Counted from the first letter of the stretch, positions 10,099-20,632 are shown. The stretch: DNA of 64,000 nt from an uncultured delta proteobacterium (GCA_963767925.1 CAVYGB010000008.1:2592001-2656000), one strand, 5' to 3'. Numbers and translations are program-made. The notes: a model not told the origin generated them from the sequence alone.

Positions 10099-11571
10099 TC
10101 AGCGGCGGGGGGCCCGCACCGGCTGGCCGGCCAGCCGGTCGCGGTGGAGCTGACCGCCCTCGACGACGGCCACCCCGCCCACCAGCACGTGGCGGATGCC
10201 CTCGGGGGCCAGGGTGGGCTCGGCCCAGGTGGCGCGGTCGAGCACGCGGGCCGGATCGAAGATCGTCAGATCGGCGTCCGCGCCGACGCTCACCCGCCCC
10301 TTGCTGGCGAGGGCGGGGGCGTGGCGCTCGAGCCGCTGGGCCGGCATGAGGGTCACCTTGCGGATGGCCTCCATGAGGGGCAGCACCTTCTGCTCGCGCA
10401 CGTAGTGCCCGAGCAGGCGCGCGTTGGTGCCGGCGCTGCGGGGGTGTCCCTTGCCCGAGGCCATGACGGCGTCGCTGGCCACCATGGCCAGCGGGTGCTG
10501 GAGGGCGGCCCGGATCGCGCTCTCGGGGATGGAGAAGACCGCGACGAAGCCGCCTTTTTTGCGGTATTCGGTGAAGGTGGCGGCGGTCAGCCGCTCGCCG
10601 GTGGCCGCCCAGAGCAGGTCCTTGTAGTCGATGCCGAGGGCCTCCCGCCAGCCGTCGTTGAACACCCCCGAGGCGATGTCGGTCATCCCCGCGATGTAGG
10701 GGTAACACTCGGTGGTGATGTCGAGGCCCCGGGCGCGGGCGCCGGTGATCATGTCGAGGTGCCGGGCGGTGAAGCTCAGGCTTGTCGAGTGCAGGTGGAC
10801 GACGTGCAGCGGGGCGCCGGTCACGGTGGCGGCGGCGATCACCTCCTCGAGCGCGCTGGTGCTGTTGTGGGGCTCTTGCTCGCCGTTGTGCCGCATGTGC
10901 ACGTGCACCGGGGCCGAGAAGCGGGCCGCCTCGCGAAACACCTCCACGATCTCCCAGCGCGAGGCGGCGGGCGTGTACTGGATGCCCATCCCCACCGCGA
11001 GCGCCCCCGCCGCCAGCCCCTCGCGTACGCGCCGCTTGATCTCGGCGAGCTGGGCCTCGCTGGCCGGCTGGGTCGCGGTCCGGTCCTTGGCCGACGGCAA
11101 GAAGGTGGGCGGCTCGCCCATCACCGCCATGCGGACGGGGACGTGGCCGATGCTGGCCCCGTAGTTGATGAGGGTCTTGCCCTCACGCTCGCGGTAGAAG
11201 CGCTCGACGTCGCCGGTGCCGACCTCCAGCTCGAGCGCGGTGGTCACGCCGTCGGCCGCGCGCAGGGCGAAGTTCTCGGCGTCCTGCCCGTGCGCGTGCA
11301 GGTCGATGAACCCGGGCGCCACCACCAGCCCGCCGGCGTCGATCACCGCCCGCCCATCGAGCGGGGTCTCCGAGATCGCCGCGATCTTGCCCCCCGTGAT
11401 GCCGACGTGGCGTGGGGCATCGAGCCCGCTGGCCGGGTCCATGACCCGACCATCCCGCACGACGAGATCGTACGGCCGCGCCGGGGTCACCCCCGCGAAG
11501 CGACACGACAGCGAAGACGCGACAAGCAGGAGCAGCGAGAGGAGCGACAAGAGCGAGCGCTGAGCCAACAC
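10099..11571 (-). CDS. amidohydrolase, N-acyl-D-amino-acid deacylase-like, lipoprotein signal
   Basis: APGFIDLHAH, ASDA, GHPRSAGT, KGRVSVGADADLTIFD motifs. Confidence 0.88.
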   Translation of the reverse strand: MLAQRSLLSLLSLLLLVASSLSCRFAGVTPARPYDLVVRDGRVMDPASGLDAPRHVGITGGKIAAISETPLDGRAVIDAGGLVVAPGFIDLHAHGQDAENFALRAADGVTTALELEVGTGDVERFYREREGKTLINYGASIGHVPVRMAVMGEPPTFLPSAKDRTATQPASEAQLAEIKRRVREGLAAGALAVGMGIQYTPAASRWEIVEVFREAARFSAPVHVHMRHNGEQEPHNSTSALEEVIAAATVTGAPLHVVHLHSTSLSFTARHLDMITGARARGLDITTECYPYIAGMTDIASGVFNDGWREALGIDYKDLLWAATGERLTAATFTEYRKKGGFVAVFSIPESAIRAALQHPLAMVASDAVMASGKGHPRSAGTNARLLGHYVREQKVLPLMEAIRKVTLMPAQRLERHAPALASKGRVSVGADADLTIFDPARVLDRATWAEPTLAPEGIRHVLVGGVAVVEGGQLHRDRLAGQPVRAPRR

Positions 11572-11715
11572 GCCCGGGACTTTCCACCGTCACCCCCTCC
11601 CCGCCAAGCACTTTCGGGGCGTGGCGGCGCCCCGCCCGGTGTTCGGCCCCGCCGCTCCATTACCTGTCCCGCTTGCGTCTGCGCGCCGGGTGAGGGGCGC
11701 CCGACCTGGCAACCG

Positions 11716-11759
11716 CCCCTCACCCTTTCCCTCTCCCCGCGGCAGTCGCGGGGAGAGGG
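11716..11759. repeat. REP-like palindrome CCCTCACCC-TTTCCCTCTCCCC...GGGGAGAGGG
   Basis: perfect 13-bp stem ccctctccccgcg (11729-11741) / cgcggggagaggg (11747-11759) in an intergenic region. Confidence 0.6.
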
Positions 11760-11841
11760 CAAACAAGTGCGGATGTTGTCGACCTGCTGCCGTCGGTCGG
11801 GCGCCGGGCGCGCCGCCCGCGAAGCCTGCTAGGGTCTGTGG

Positions 11842-13224
11842 GTGCTCCCCTCCAGGGCGGCTGCCACCAGGGCCCACACCACCCGGCTGTCCGGCTGGGG
11901 GGCCAACCTGCGCGCCGATTGCGTGCTGCGCGAGCCGGAGAGCTGCCAGGACGTCAAGGCCTGGCTCGATCGCGCCGGGATCATCGCCCGCGGACTCGGG
12001 CGCAGCTACGGCGACGCGGCGCTGAACGCCGACGGCCGGGTCCTCGGCATGCGCCGCTTCGATCGCTGCCTCGCGTTCGACGCGGCCAGCGGCACCCTCA
12101 CCTGCGAGGCGGGGGTGACCCTGGCGGACATCATCCGCACCTTCACCCCCCGCGGCTGGTTTCCCATGATCACCCCCGGGACGAAGTTCGTCTCGGTCGG
12201 CGGCTGCATCGCGAGCGACGTCCATGGCAAGGCCCACCACGCCGACGGAACGTTCAGCACCTGCGTCAGCGAGATGTCCGTCCTGCTCGCCAGCGGCGAG
12301 GTGGTGGTGGCCAGCCGCACCGAGAACCCGGATCTCTTCTGGGGCACCTTCGGCGGCATGGGGCTGCTCGGCATCGTGCTGACCGCGACCATCCGGCTGC
12401 GAAGGATCGAGACGACATACTTCCGCCAGCGGGCCATCCCGACCGGGGACCTGGCCGAGATGCTGGCCGCGCTCGACGAGAACGACAGCGCGTTCCCCTA
12501 TTCGGTCGCCACCCTCGACGTGTTCGCCACCGGGGACCGGCTCGGCCGGGGCGTCGTGGTGGTGGGTGATCACGCCACCCGGGGCGACCTGCCGGAGCGC
12601 GAGCGCCGCGCGCCGCTCGCCGTCTCGGGCCCGCCCCGCTTGGGGGTGCCCTTCGAGCTGCCCACCTTCACCCTCAACCGGCTGAGCATCCGGGCGGTGA
12701 ACGCCCTCATCCAGGCGATCCTGCGGCGCTCCCCGGCGATCAACCACTACGAGCCGTTTCTCTACCCGCTCGACAAGCTGGCCAACTGGAACCGGGGCTA
12801 TGGCCGGGCCGGGTTCACCCAATATCAGTTCGTCATCCCGTTCGCCGACGGGGTTCGCCGCATGCGCGAGATCCTCACGGCCATCGTCTCCTCCGGCGAG
12901 CTGCCCTTCCTCAACGTCCTCAAGCGGTTCGGCAAGGAGAGCGGCGGCACCCTCTCCTTCCCCTGCGCCGGCTACACGCTGGCCATCGACTTTCCCATCC
13001 GGCAGGGGACGGTCGCCCTGTGCAGGCGGCTCGACGCCATGGTGCTCGACGCCGGCGGGCGGGTCTACCTGGCGAAGGACTCGTACCTCGAGGCGGCGAC
13101 CTTCCGGGCGATGTATCCCGCGATCGACCGCTGGCTGGCCACGAAGCGAAGGTACGATCCGGCTGGCGTCTTCACCTCCAACCTCGGCCGCCGCCTGGGG
13201 CTGGCCCCACCCGCCCCCAGCTGA
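11842..13224 (+). CDS. FAD-binding oxidoreductase, DprE1-like
   Basis: ARGLGRSYGDAA, PGTKFVSVGG.IASDVHGK, GGMGLLG, GFTQYQFVIP, GGRVYLAKD. Confidence 0.9.
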   Translation: MLPSRAAATRAHTTRLSGWGANLRADCVLREPESCQDVKAWLDRAGIIARGLGRSYGDAALNADGRVLGMRRFDRCLAFDAASGTLTCEAGVTLADIIRTFTPRGWFPMITPGTKFVSVGGCIASDVHGKAHHADGTFSTCVSEMSVLLASGEVVVASRTENPDLFWGTFGGMGLLGIVLTATIRLRRIETTYFRQRAIPTGDLAEMLAALDENDSAFPYSVATLDVFATGDRLGRGVVVVGDHATRGDLPERERRAPLAVSGPPRLGVPFELPTFTLNRLSIRAVNALIQAILRRSPAINHYEPFLYPLDKLANWNRGYGRAGFTQYQFVIPFADGVRRMREILTAIVSSGELPFLNVLKRFGKESGGTLSFPCAGYTLAIDFPIRQGTVALCRRLDAMVLDAGGRVYLAKDSYLEAATFRAMYPAIDRWLATKRRYDPAGVFTSNLGRRLGLAPPAPS

Positions 13225-13341
13225 CCCTCCGGCGGCGCGGCGGGCGGCCAGCCGCGAAAAAGATCGCGCCGGCCGAGAATATCTTTCTCGGCGTGCTGGC
13301 CCGGGGCCGGGCCTGCGCCCGCGGCGGCGCGAGCTGCTGAC

Positions 13342-13998
13342 TCAGGGGTCGAACCGGTAACCGGTGGCGCGGGCCGAGGGGCGGGCGCCGAACGCGTCGC
13401 AGAAGCGGGTCAGGTTCCCGAAGCCGCTCGTGTCGAGGACCTCGCGGAAGCCGAGGTGGGTGCCGAGGCAAAAGAGGGTGACCTCGAGGTAGCTGAGGCT
13501 CCGGCCCGCAGGCAAGGCGGCGAGGAGGTCGGGCAGCTCGCGGTCCAGCCAGGCCACCGAGTTGCCCAGGCTCTCCCGCATCTTCTCCAGATGGGCCAGC
13601 GGGCCACCTGACCCGGCGGCCTTGGCCATGATCAGGTTGACCTCGGTCGCCATGGCCTGGACCGTCACCTCCTGCGCGTTGGACAGCAACGGCGCCGCGA
13701 GCTGCTCGGGCCACACGACGTCGAGGGCCCGCGCCGACCGGCGGGCCAGCTCCCGGCAGATCCCGAGCGTCCCGAACCAGACCCCCTCGGAGGTGCGCAG
13801 GATGGGCAGCTTGAGGGCGGGGTTGCCGGCGTAGTCGCCGGGCGCGAGCGACATCAGGTCCCGCACCACCTCGAAGCCGTGGTCGACGCCCAGCTCGGCG
13901 GCGAAGATCCGGGCCGTGCGGGTGAAGTGCGAGCTGGAACGGCCGACCAAGGTAGGTTTGTCGACGTCGGGCTTGGGCGAGTCGGGTACGGGCGCCAT
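13342..13998 (-). CDS. glutathione S-transferase family protein
   Basis: GRSSSHFTRTARI, NPALKLPIL thioredoxin-like N-domain. Confidence 0.75.
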   Translation of the reverse strand: MAPVPDSPKPDVDKPTLVGRSSSHFTRTARIFAAELGVDHGFEVVRDLMSLAPGDYAGNPALKLPILRTSEGVWFGTLGICRELARRSARALDVVWPEQLAAPLLSNAQEVTVQAMATEVNLIMAKAAGSGGPLAHLEKMRESLGNSVAWLDRELPDLLAALPAGRSLSYLEVTLFCLGTHLGFREVLDTSGFGNLTRFCDAFGARPSARATGYRFDP

Positions 13999-14277
13999 GC
14001 CCCCGATTCTTCCACGCCCCGCCGCCCGCTGCATGCGGACCGGGACCCGACGCGCGGAGCCGGCCTCACCCCACCCCGCCCTGTCGCGGAGCCGGCACGA
14101 CACCGCCGCTGCTTCGCCCCATGTCAACCGCGTTGCGCGTTCGGTCAGGTCGGCCTGGCGACGGTTCAGCGGCCGAACGTACTGGCCCTTGCATCAGCGG
14201 GCCCACCTGGGAGATGAAGGCCGCGCCGGCGCGTCCCCGCTGACGGGAGGCGCCGGCGATGATGGGTTGATGAAAGC

Positions 14278-14949
14278 ATGCGCAAGTTCGTGATCATGGG
14301 GGTGCAGGGGAGCGGGAAGGGGACTCAGGCCAAGCTGCTCTGTGACGACCTCGACCTCGAGCACATCAGCGTGGGGGACATCTTTCGCTGGAACGTGCAG
14401 CACCACACCAAGCTGGGGGCCCAGGTGCGCCGGCTCGTGGCGAGCGGGCACCTGGTCGACGACGACCTGGTCGAGGCGGTGGTGCGCGAGCGGCTGGCCA
14501 TGCACGACTGGAACTACGGGTTCGTTGTGGACGGGTTTCCCCGCAACGCCCGCCAGGCCCAGTTCTTCCTGGAGGGCTACGACATCGACGGGGTGATCCA
14601 GCTCGACCTGCCCGACGACGAGGTGGTCCGGCGGGTCCTGGCGCGCCGGCTGTGCGCGCGCTGCGGGCTCGACTACAACCTCATCGCCCACCGGCCGGTC
14701 CGCGAGGACCGCTGCGACGTGTGCGGGGGCGCCCTGCTCTCGCGCGACGACGACAACCCGGAGGCCCTGGCCGTCCGCCTGCGCGACTACCACGACAAGA
14801 CCCGACCGGTGATCGACCTGTTCCGGCGCAAGGAGTTCGTGGCCGAGATCGACGCCACCCGCCCCCGCGAGGAGGTGCAGGCCGCCATCCGGGCACGCTT
14901 CGGGCTACCCCCCTTGAAGAGCGCCCGGCGGGCCGAGGTCCAGGACTGA
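14278..14949 (+). CDS. adk: adenylate kinase family protein with Zn-lid
   Basis: GVQGSGKGTQ P-loop, HISVGDIFR, DGFPR, CxxC...CxxC lid, RDDD. Confidence 0.9.
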   Translation: MRKFVIMGVQGSGKGTQAKLLCDDLDLEHISVGDIFRWNVQHHTKLGAQVRRLVASGHLVDDDLVEAVVRERLAMHDWNYGFVVDGFPRNARQAQFFLEGYDIDGVIQLDLPDDEVVRRVLARRLCARCGLDYNLIAHRPVREDRCDVCGGALLSRDDDNPEALAVRLRDYHDKTRPVIDLFRRKEFVAEIDATRPREEVQAAIRARFGLPPLKSARRAEVQD

Positions 14950-14985
14950 CCGGGGCCGGGCCAGTCCCGGCCTGACCGCGAGCGG

Positions 14986-16449
14986 TCAGCGGGAAAAGTC
15001 GATGAAGCCGCGCTCGACGTCGGTGTGGTCCAGCCTGACCGTCACCCGATCGCCGACGTCCAGACCGTGAAAGCCGCGCACCACCCGCCCCTCGACCGGG
15101 GGGCGGAACACGCGGACCCAGGTCCCCTTGGCCGAGGCGCCGGTGACGATGGCGTCGAAGGTCTGCCCGACCTGGTTGCGCAGGAGCAGGGCCGCCGCCG
15201 ACTTGCGCACCTGGCGCTCGACCTTCGTGGCGTTGTCCTCCTGGGCGCTGCAGTGCTGGGCCAGGCGGGCCAGCTCTCCGTTGTCGTAGGGGACCCCGAC
15301 GCCGGCCAGGGCGGCTTTCACCAGGCGCTGGCTGATCAGGTCGGGGAAGCGGCGGTTGGGGGCGGTCGAGTGCATGTAGTCCTTCACCGCCAGCCCGAAG
15401 TGCTCGAGCGGGTGTTGCCCGGGCAGCTCCAGCGCGTATTCCCCCCGGCCAAGCAGCTTGATCACCGCCAGCGACACGTCGGGAAAGCGCAGCGGATCGC
15501 GCTGCCGCTGCCGTTCCAGGAAAGCCTCCAGGGCGGCGGCGGAGGGCGCCGGCGGCAGCGTCTCACCGTGGCTGGCGGCCAGGGCCACGATGCGCTCCCA
15601 GCGTTCGGGCGAGCGCAGGACGCGCCGGAACGAGGGGAACCGCCTGCCCTCCAGGAAGCGCGCGGTGGCCACGTTGGCCGCGATCATGAAGTCCTCGATC
15701 AGCTCCTTGGCCCGGTTCTTCTGCTCCAGGCGCAGGTCGGACACGTCGTCGCCCTCGAACACCGCGCGCGGCTCCTGGGTCTCCAGGCTCAGCGCCCCCT
15801 CCTGGTGCCGGAGGGCGCGCAGGCGCTGGGCCACTCCGTCCTGCAGGCGGATGTTCGCCTCCAGCCCGTCCACCGCGGCCAGCCGAGGCGGCGGCGGCGC
15901 GCCGCTCTCCAGCCAGGCCGCCACGCCGTTGTAGGCCAGCTTGGCCTTGTTGTGCACGCGGGCCCGGTAGTGCTCGGTCGCGCCGACGGCGCCGCTGCCA
16001 TCGACGACCAGGTCGGTCACCAGAGCCAGTCGCTCCTCCCCCTGGTTGAGCGAGGTGACGTCGGTCGACAGCAGCTCGGGCAACATCGGGAAGATCTGGG
16101 CGTCGGTGTAGACCGAGGTGGTGTTGGTCGCCGCCCGCCGATCGAGCGGCGTGCCCCGGGGGACCCTGACGTCGACATCGGCGATGGCCACCCGGATGCG
16201 GGTGCGGCCGTCGGGCAGGGCCTCGGCGACCGTGAGCTGATCCAGATCGCGCGACTCGTCGTTGTCGATCGAGCACCAGAGCAGGGCCTGCAGGTCGCGG
16301 ATGGCGGGATCGGCGGGCCCCTCGTCCCGGGCGGCGGCGCGCGCCTGGTCCAGATCGGCCTCGCTGAAGTCGGGCACCAGGCCCCGCTCGCGCATGGCCC
16401 GCTGGGCGATGGCCCGCAGGTCGCTCCGCATGCTGTTCGGCTTGTTCAT
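14986..16449 (-). CDS. RNase II/R family (RNB + S1) exoribonuclease
   Basis: SIDNDESRDLDQ, VAIADV, LIEDFMIAAN, HFGLA..YMHSTAPNRRFPDL. Confidence 0.92.
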   Translation of the reverse strand: MNKPNSMRSDLRAIAQRAMRERGLVPDFSEADLDQARAAARDEGPADPAIRDLQALLWCSIDNDESRDLDQLTVAEALPDGRTRIRVAIADVDVRVPRGTPLDRRAATNTTSVYTDAQIFPMLPELLSTDVTSLNQGEERLALVTDLVVDGSGAVGATEHYRARVHNKAKLAYNGVAAWLESGAPPPPRLAAVDGLEANIRLQDGVAQRLRALRHQEGALSLETQEPRAVFEGDDVSDLRLEQKNRAKELIEDFMIAANVATARFLEGRRFPSFRRVLRSPERWERIVALAASHGETLPPAPSAAALEAFLERQRQRDPLRFPDVSLAVIKLLGRGEYALELPGQHPLEHFGLAVKDYMHSTAPNRRFPDLISQRLVKAALAGVGVPYDNGELARLAQHCSAQEDNATKVERQVRKSAAALLLRNQVGQTFDAIVTGASAKGTWVRVFRPPVEGRVVRGFHGLDVGDRVTVRLDHTDVERGFIDFSR

Positions 16450-16529
16450 GGCCCCGTCACTTTGCCTGGAGTGGACGGGGTGGCGGGGAAGTTTCCTTCG
16501 CCGCCTCCGGTTCGCTAGCCTGGGCGGCC

Positions 16530-17714
16530 GTGACCAAGGGCGCGCGCGACACACCGGACCGAAGACGCAGGCTGCCCCGCCCGCCGGCGGGGTCGCTCGC
16601 CCGGCATTCCTGGTTCCCCCCCCGGCCGCCGCGGATGGTGGGGCGGGCCAGCGAGCTGCGCGCCCTCGTCGCCCGCATCGAGGACCGCGGCGTCCCCCGG
16701 CTGGCGCTGGTGGGCGGCGGAGGCAGCGGCAAGTCGTTGCTGGCCTGCGCCCTGGGGCACCGGGTGCGCCCGCGGTTTCCCGGGGGCATCCACTGGCTGC
16801 GGGTCGGAAACTGGGACACCACCACGCTGTTCGAGATGCTGGCCCGGCGCCTGGGGGTGGCCCGCGCGCGCGCCGAGGCCGACCCCCTGCACGAGCACGA
16901 GCGGCGCATCGGGGAGCTGCAGCGGGCGCTGCAGGCCGCCGGCCGCAGCCTCATCGTGCTCGACAACCACGAAAACGACCGGGCGCTGGCCCGTTTCCTC
17001 GACGAGCTGCGGACCTGTCCGGTGACCTGGGTGGTGACCGCCCGCCGCTGCCTGCTGTCCGGGGTGGAGGTGTTCCCGGTGATCCCGCCGCTGGTCACCA
17101 GCGGGCGCAGCGCCTTCTCCCGGGTGGCCCCCCTTACCACCTTGCTGCGCTGGAACCCGCTCGCGCTCGACCTGGCCGACGGCCTGATCGCCGGCAAGGT
17201 CGCCACCCTGACCCGGCTGCGCCGCTACCTCGTCGAGGGCGGCGTCGAGCGGGTGGCGCCGATGCGCAACGAGGACGACGTCGCCGAGGTGCGCCTGCTG
17301 GTCGACTACGCCTGGGCCCACCTGTCGGCCGCGGCCCACCGCCTGCTGGCCGTGCTGGCCCACAGCGAGGGCGACGACGTCGACGGGGCGTCCCTGCTCC
17401 AGCTCGCGCGGGCGGGGCGCGCGGGCACATCCGCGCTGCGGGCGCTGCAGCGGCTGCGCCTGATCCAGGAGCCCCTGGCCGGCCGCTTTACCTTGCACGC
17501 GGTGGTTCGCCAGGCCGTCGCCCGCCGCACCAACGTCCCCCGCCAGCGCTACTTCCGCCACTACGTCGCCCTGCTGGAGCGACAGCCCGAACGGGTGGCC
17601 CTCGAGCAGACCCACCTCTACGCCGCCATGGACCACGCCCACGCCACCTCCGACTTGCCGTCGGCGCTGCGCCTCGAACGCCTGCTGGCCCGGCTCGACG
17701 CCACCAGCGGGTGA
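16530..17714 (+). CDS. NB-ARC/STAND-like P-loop ATPase
   Basis: VGRASEL, GGGGSGKS, FPGGIHW, LIVLDN, VVTAR, PLAL, winged-helix LH..VR; start could be 16635. Confidence 0.75.
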   Translation: MTKGARDTPDRRRRLPRPPAGSLARHSWFPPRPPRMVGRASELRALVARIEDRGVPRLALVGGGGSGKSLLACALGHRVRPRFPGGIHWLRVGNWDTTTLFEMLARRLGVARARAEADPLHEHERRIGELQRALQAAGRSLIVLDNHENDRALARFLDELRTCPVTWVVTARRCLLSGVEVFPVIPPLVTSGRSAFSRVAPLTTLLRWNPLALDLADGLIAGKVATLTRLRRYLVEGGVERVAPMRNEDDVAEVRLLVDYAWAHLSAAAHRLLAVLAHSEGDDVDGASLLQLARAGRAGTSALRALQRLRLIQEPLAGRFTLHAVVRQAVARRTNVPRQRYFRHYVALLERQPERVALEQTHLYAAMDHAHATSDLPSALRLERLLARLDATSG

Positions 17715-17852
17715 CCGCCCGCCCGGGGGACGCCGCCCGCCCGGCCCGGAAGGGGGCCCAGGGCGGCTGGCCCACCTGTCCCCGGCGCTGGTATCCTCCT
17801 GCCGCTCTCGCGCCGTTCGCCGACCGGCGGGCGGCGCAGCTCCGATGAACCG

Positions 17853-18776
17853 ATGATCCACGTTCGCACCCCGCTCGTCGAATCGACCGCGCTGAGCGCG
17901 CGGCTCGGGAGGCCCGTGTGGCTCAAGCTGGAGGCGCTGCAGCCCACCGGGTCGTTCAAGGTGCGAGGCGTGGGGCGGGCCTGCGAGCGGCTCGTCGCGG
18001 CCGGCGCGACCCAGCTCGTGTCGTCGTCGGGGGGCAACGCCGGCCTGGCGGTGGCCCACGCCGGCCGTCTGCTCGGCGCGCGGGTGACCGTCTTCGTGCC
18101 CTCGACGACGGCGGCCTTCATGCTCGATCGCATGCGCGCCGAGGGCGCCCGCATCGAGGTGCGCGGCGAGGTCTGGGACCAGGCCCACGCCGCCGCGCTC
18201 GCCTTCGCCGAGGTGGAGGGCGCCGGCTACGTGCATCCCTTCGATCACCCCGACGTCTGGGCGGGCAACGCGACCCTTGTCGACGAGCTGGAGGCCCGCC
18301 CGGGCGCGGTGGTCCTGTCGGTGGGGGGCGGCGGCCTGCTGTGCGGGGTGGCCCACGGGCTGCACCGGCGCGGCTGGGCCGACGTGCCCATCGTCGCCGC
18401 CGAGACCAGCGGGGCCGCCTCGTTCGCCGCCGCGCTGCGGGCCGGCCGGCCGGTGTCCCTCGACCGGATCGACTCGCTGGCCACCTCGCTCGGCGCCCGC
18501 ACGGTGGCCGCCGAAGCCCTGGCCTGCGCCGGCCGCCACCCCATTGTCCCCTGGATCGTCCCCGACAGCGCCGCCGTCGACGCCTGCTGGCGCTTCGCCG
18601 CCGATCACCGCCTGCTGGTCGAGCCGGCCTGCGGCGCGGCCCTGTCGGCGGTCTACCAGAAGGCCCCGGCGCTGGCCGGCGCCTCCTCGGTGCTGGTGGT
18701 GGTGTGCGGCGGGTCGGGCGTGAACCTCGACCTGCTCCTGCGCTGGCAGAAGCTGGCGCCCCCCGCTCCGGGGTGA
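17853..18776 (+). CDS. PLP-dependent serine/threonine dehydratase
   Basis: KLEALQPTGSFKVRG, SSGGNAGLA, SVGGGGL, VEPACGA, VCGG. Confidence 0.9.
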   Translation: MIHVRTPLVESTALSARLGRPVWLKLEALQPTGSFKVRGVGRACERLVAAGATQLVSSSGGNAGLAVAHAGRLLGARVTVFVPSTTAAFMLDRMRAEGARIEVRGEVWDQAHAAALAFAEVEGAGYVHPFDHPDVWAGNATLVDELEARPGAVVLSVGGGGLLCGVAHGLHRRGWADVPIVAAETSGAASFAAALRAGRPVSLDRIDSLATSLGARTVAAEALACAGRHPIVPWIVPDSAAVDACWRFAADHRLLVEPACGAALSAVYQKAPALAGASSVLVVVCGGSGVNLDLLLRWQKLAPPAPG

Positions 18777-19072
18777 GCGACACCCGTCACGAGGATCTCC
18801 TGGTTCGGGCGCGCCGAGCGGACGCCGGTCGGATCGGACGACGACCAGACGACGGACCGCCTGACCGACCAGGTGGGTCGTGGGGACCGCCGGTCAGCCG
18901 TCCACCGGTCAACTGTCCGGCAGCTCCGCCGCGACGCCGGGAGCCGGCGGCTGGAAGGCACGGCCTCGTCAGATCTGCGAGAATGCCGCGCGGAGACCGC
19001 CGGCTGGAGGTCGCGGAGGTGCTGGCCCGTCGCTTGCTGTGTTCTGATTTCAGCCCCTCCAGGAGAAGACCC

Positions 19073-19625
19073 ATGACCAACCGATCGCTGCGCCTTCACA
19101 TCGCCTTCCTGACCTTTTCCGCGCTGATGGCCGCGGGCCTGGCGGCCGCCCGCGCCGATGCGGCTGCCCCGCCCGACGCCAGGCCCGCCCATGGCTGCGG
19201 GCCCACGGCGCGCGATGGACCCGCCGCGCGGCCGAGGCGCTGGGGGCCGCGGGGGCCCGGGCCCGGTGCCAGATTCACCCCCGCGTCCGGAAGCTGCTCC
19301 GGCTCCTGAAGGCGGCGGCGGTCGGGGACAGCCCTCGCTCGAGACGCTGGCCAGCCAGGTTGGTCTATCACCGGGACGGCTGATGCACGCCTTCACCAGC
19401 TCGATCGGGATCCCGCTGCGCCCCTACCTCGGCTGGCTCCGGCTCCAGCGCGCGGCGGGCGCCATCGTGTCGAACCAGCCCCTCGCGGACGCGGCCCAGG
19501 CCGCCGGCTTCGCCGACGCCGCCCACATGACCCGCACCTTCCAGCGCATGTTCGGCATCCCCCCCTCTGCCCTCCGCCCGCCAGCAACCAAGCGGCGAGC
19601 GACGGCGCTTCGGCCGTCGACCTGA
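19073..19625 (+). pseudogene. chimeric/degraded locus: signal-peptide start joined to AraC-family HTH C-terminus
   Basis: MTNRSLRLHIAFLTFSAL... start; IHPRVRKLL then (other frame) SLETLASQVGLSPGRLMHAF...AGFADAAHMTRTFQRMFG. Confidence 0.6.
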
Positions 19626-19644
19626 AGCCCGTCGCCCGCGAAGG

Positions 19645-20486
19645 TCAGGCGCCGTGGAGTACCCGGTGCAGGGTGGCGGCGAAGGTGTCGGGGTGGGGAG
19701 CGAAGCCCATGTGGTCGCCGGGGAAGAGGACCCGCTCGGTTCCGAGCTGCTCCGCCAGGGCCATCCCCATCTGCTCGATCGGCTGGCCGGCGGACTGCTC
19801 GCCGATGCCCACCACCACCCGCGGCTTGCCCGCGCGCAGCGCCGCGACGTCGGGCCGGTAGAAAGAGAGCGGCCGGACGCCGTGGGCCAGCCAATATTCG
19901 AAGTTGCGGCTGACCCGGGCAAACGTGTCGGCGTCTTCGGGGGTCGGGGCGAGCTCCGGCGGCGCTTCCTGGTCGGCCCCCTCGCTCAGGCCGTTGTCGG
20001 CGAAGAACTTCGCCATGGCGGCGTCCACGCCCTCGCGGCGATAGGTGTCGTGCAGATCCTCGGCGGCCGCCACCTCCGTCGCGGGGTCGGGTAGCAACAT
20101 CACGGTCGGCGGCTCGTGCGCCACCAGCGCGCGGACCAGCCCCGGGTGGCGGGCGGCGAGGTTGAGCCCGATCTGAGCGCCCCCGCTGGTCCCGAACACG
20201 TGGGCCGGTCCCCCCCGACGGCCCGGATCACCGCCGCCGCGTCGTCGCCGTGGACGTCGAGCACCTGCTCGCCGGCCTGGCCTTCGACGGTGCTGCGGGA
20301 GTTGCCCCGGGGGTCGTAGCTGACGACGGTGTAGCGGTCGGCGAGGTGGCGCGAGAGGTCGGCGAAGACGCCGGCGTCCTGCGGGCCTCCGGGGATGATC
20401 AACAAGACGGGGCCGGCGCCCCGGCGCTCGAAGTAGAGGCGGGCGCCCGGCACGTCGAGGGTGGCCGACTGAGTGTCGTTGGTCAT
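19645..20486 (-). CDS. alpha/beta hydrolase, frameshift near 20210
   Basis: YDPRGNSRS in one frame; VFGTSGGA nucleophile elbow, HEPP and GDH in the other; shift at a C-run. Confidence 0.85.
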
Positions 20487-20543
20487 GGCAGGTCTCCTTT
20501 TTCGTTGGTCCTCGATCCAGCGTCACCGGCGGAGTCGTATATG

Positions 20544-20594
20544 AACTGGACCGTCCAGTACTGTGACTTGCCCAAAACTAGACTGTCCAGTACT
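20544..20594. promoter_or_regulatory. two TetR-type operator palindromes
   Basis: aactggaccgtccagtact (20544-20562, perfect ACTGGAC-c-GTCCAGT) and aactagactgtccagtact (20576-20594) between divergent hydrolase and tetR. Confidence 0.75.
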
Positions 20595-20632
20595 CTCGGT
20601 CAAGGTCCGAAATTCGAAGAGCCGACCAGCCA

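Noticed and set aside
20195..20225. Programmed frameshift or phase variation in the hydrolase C-run
   Set aside because: A single homopolymer indel in a sequence with many similar errors; sequencing error is simpler
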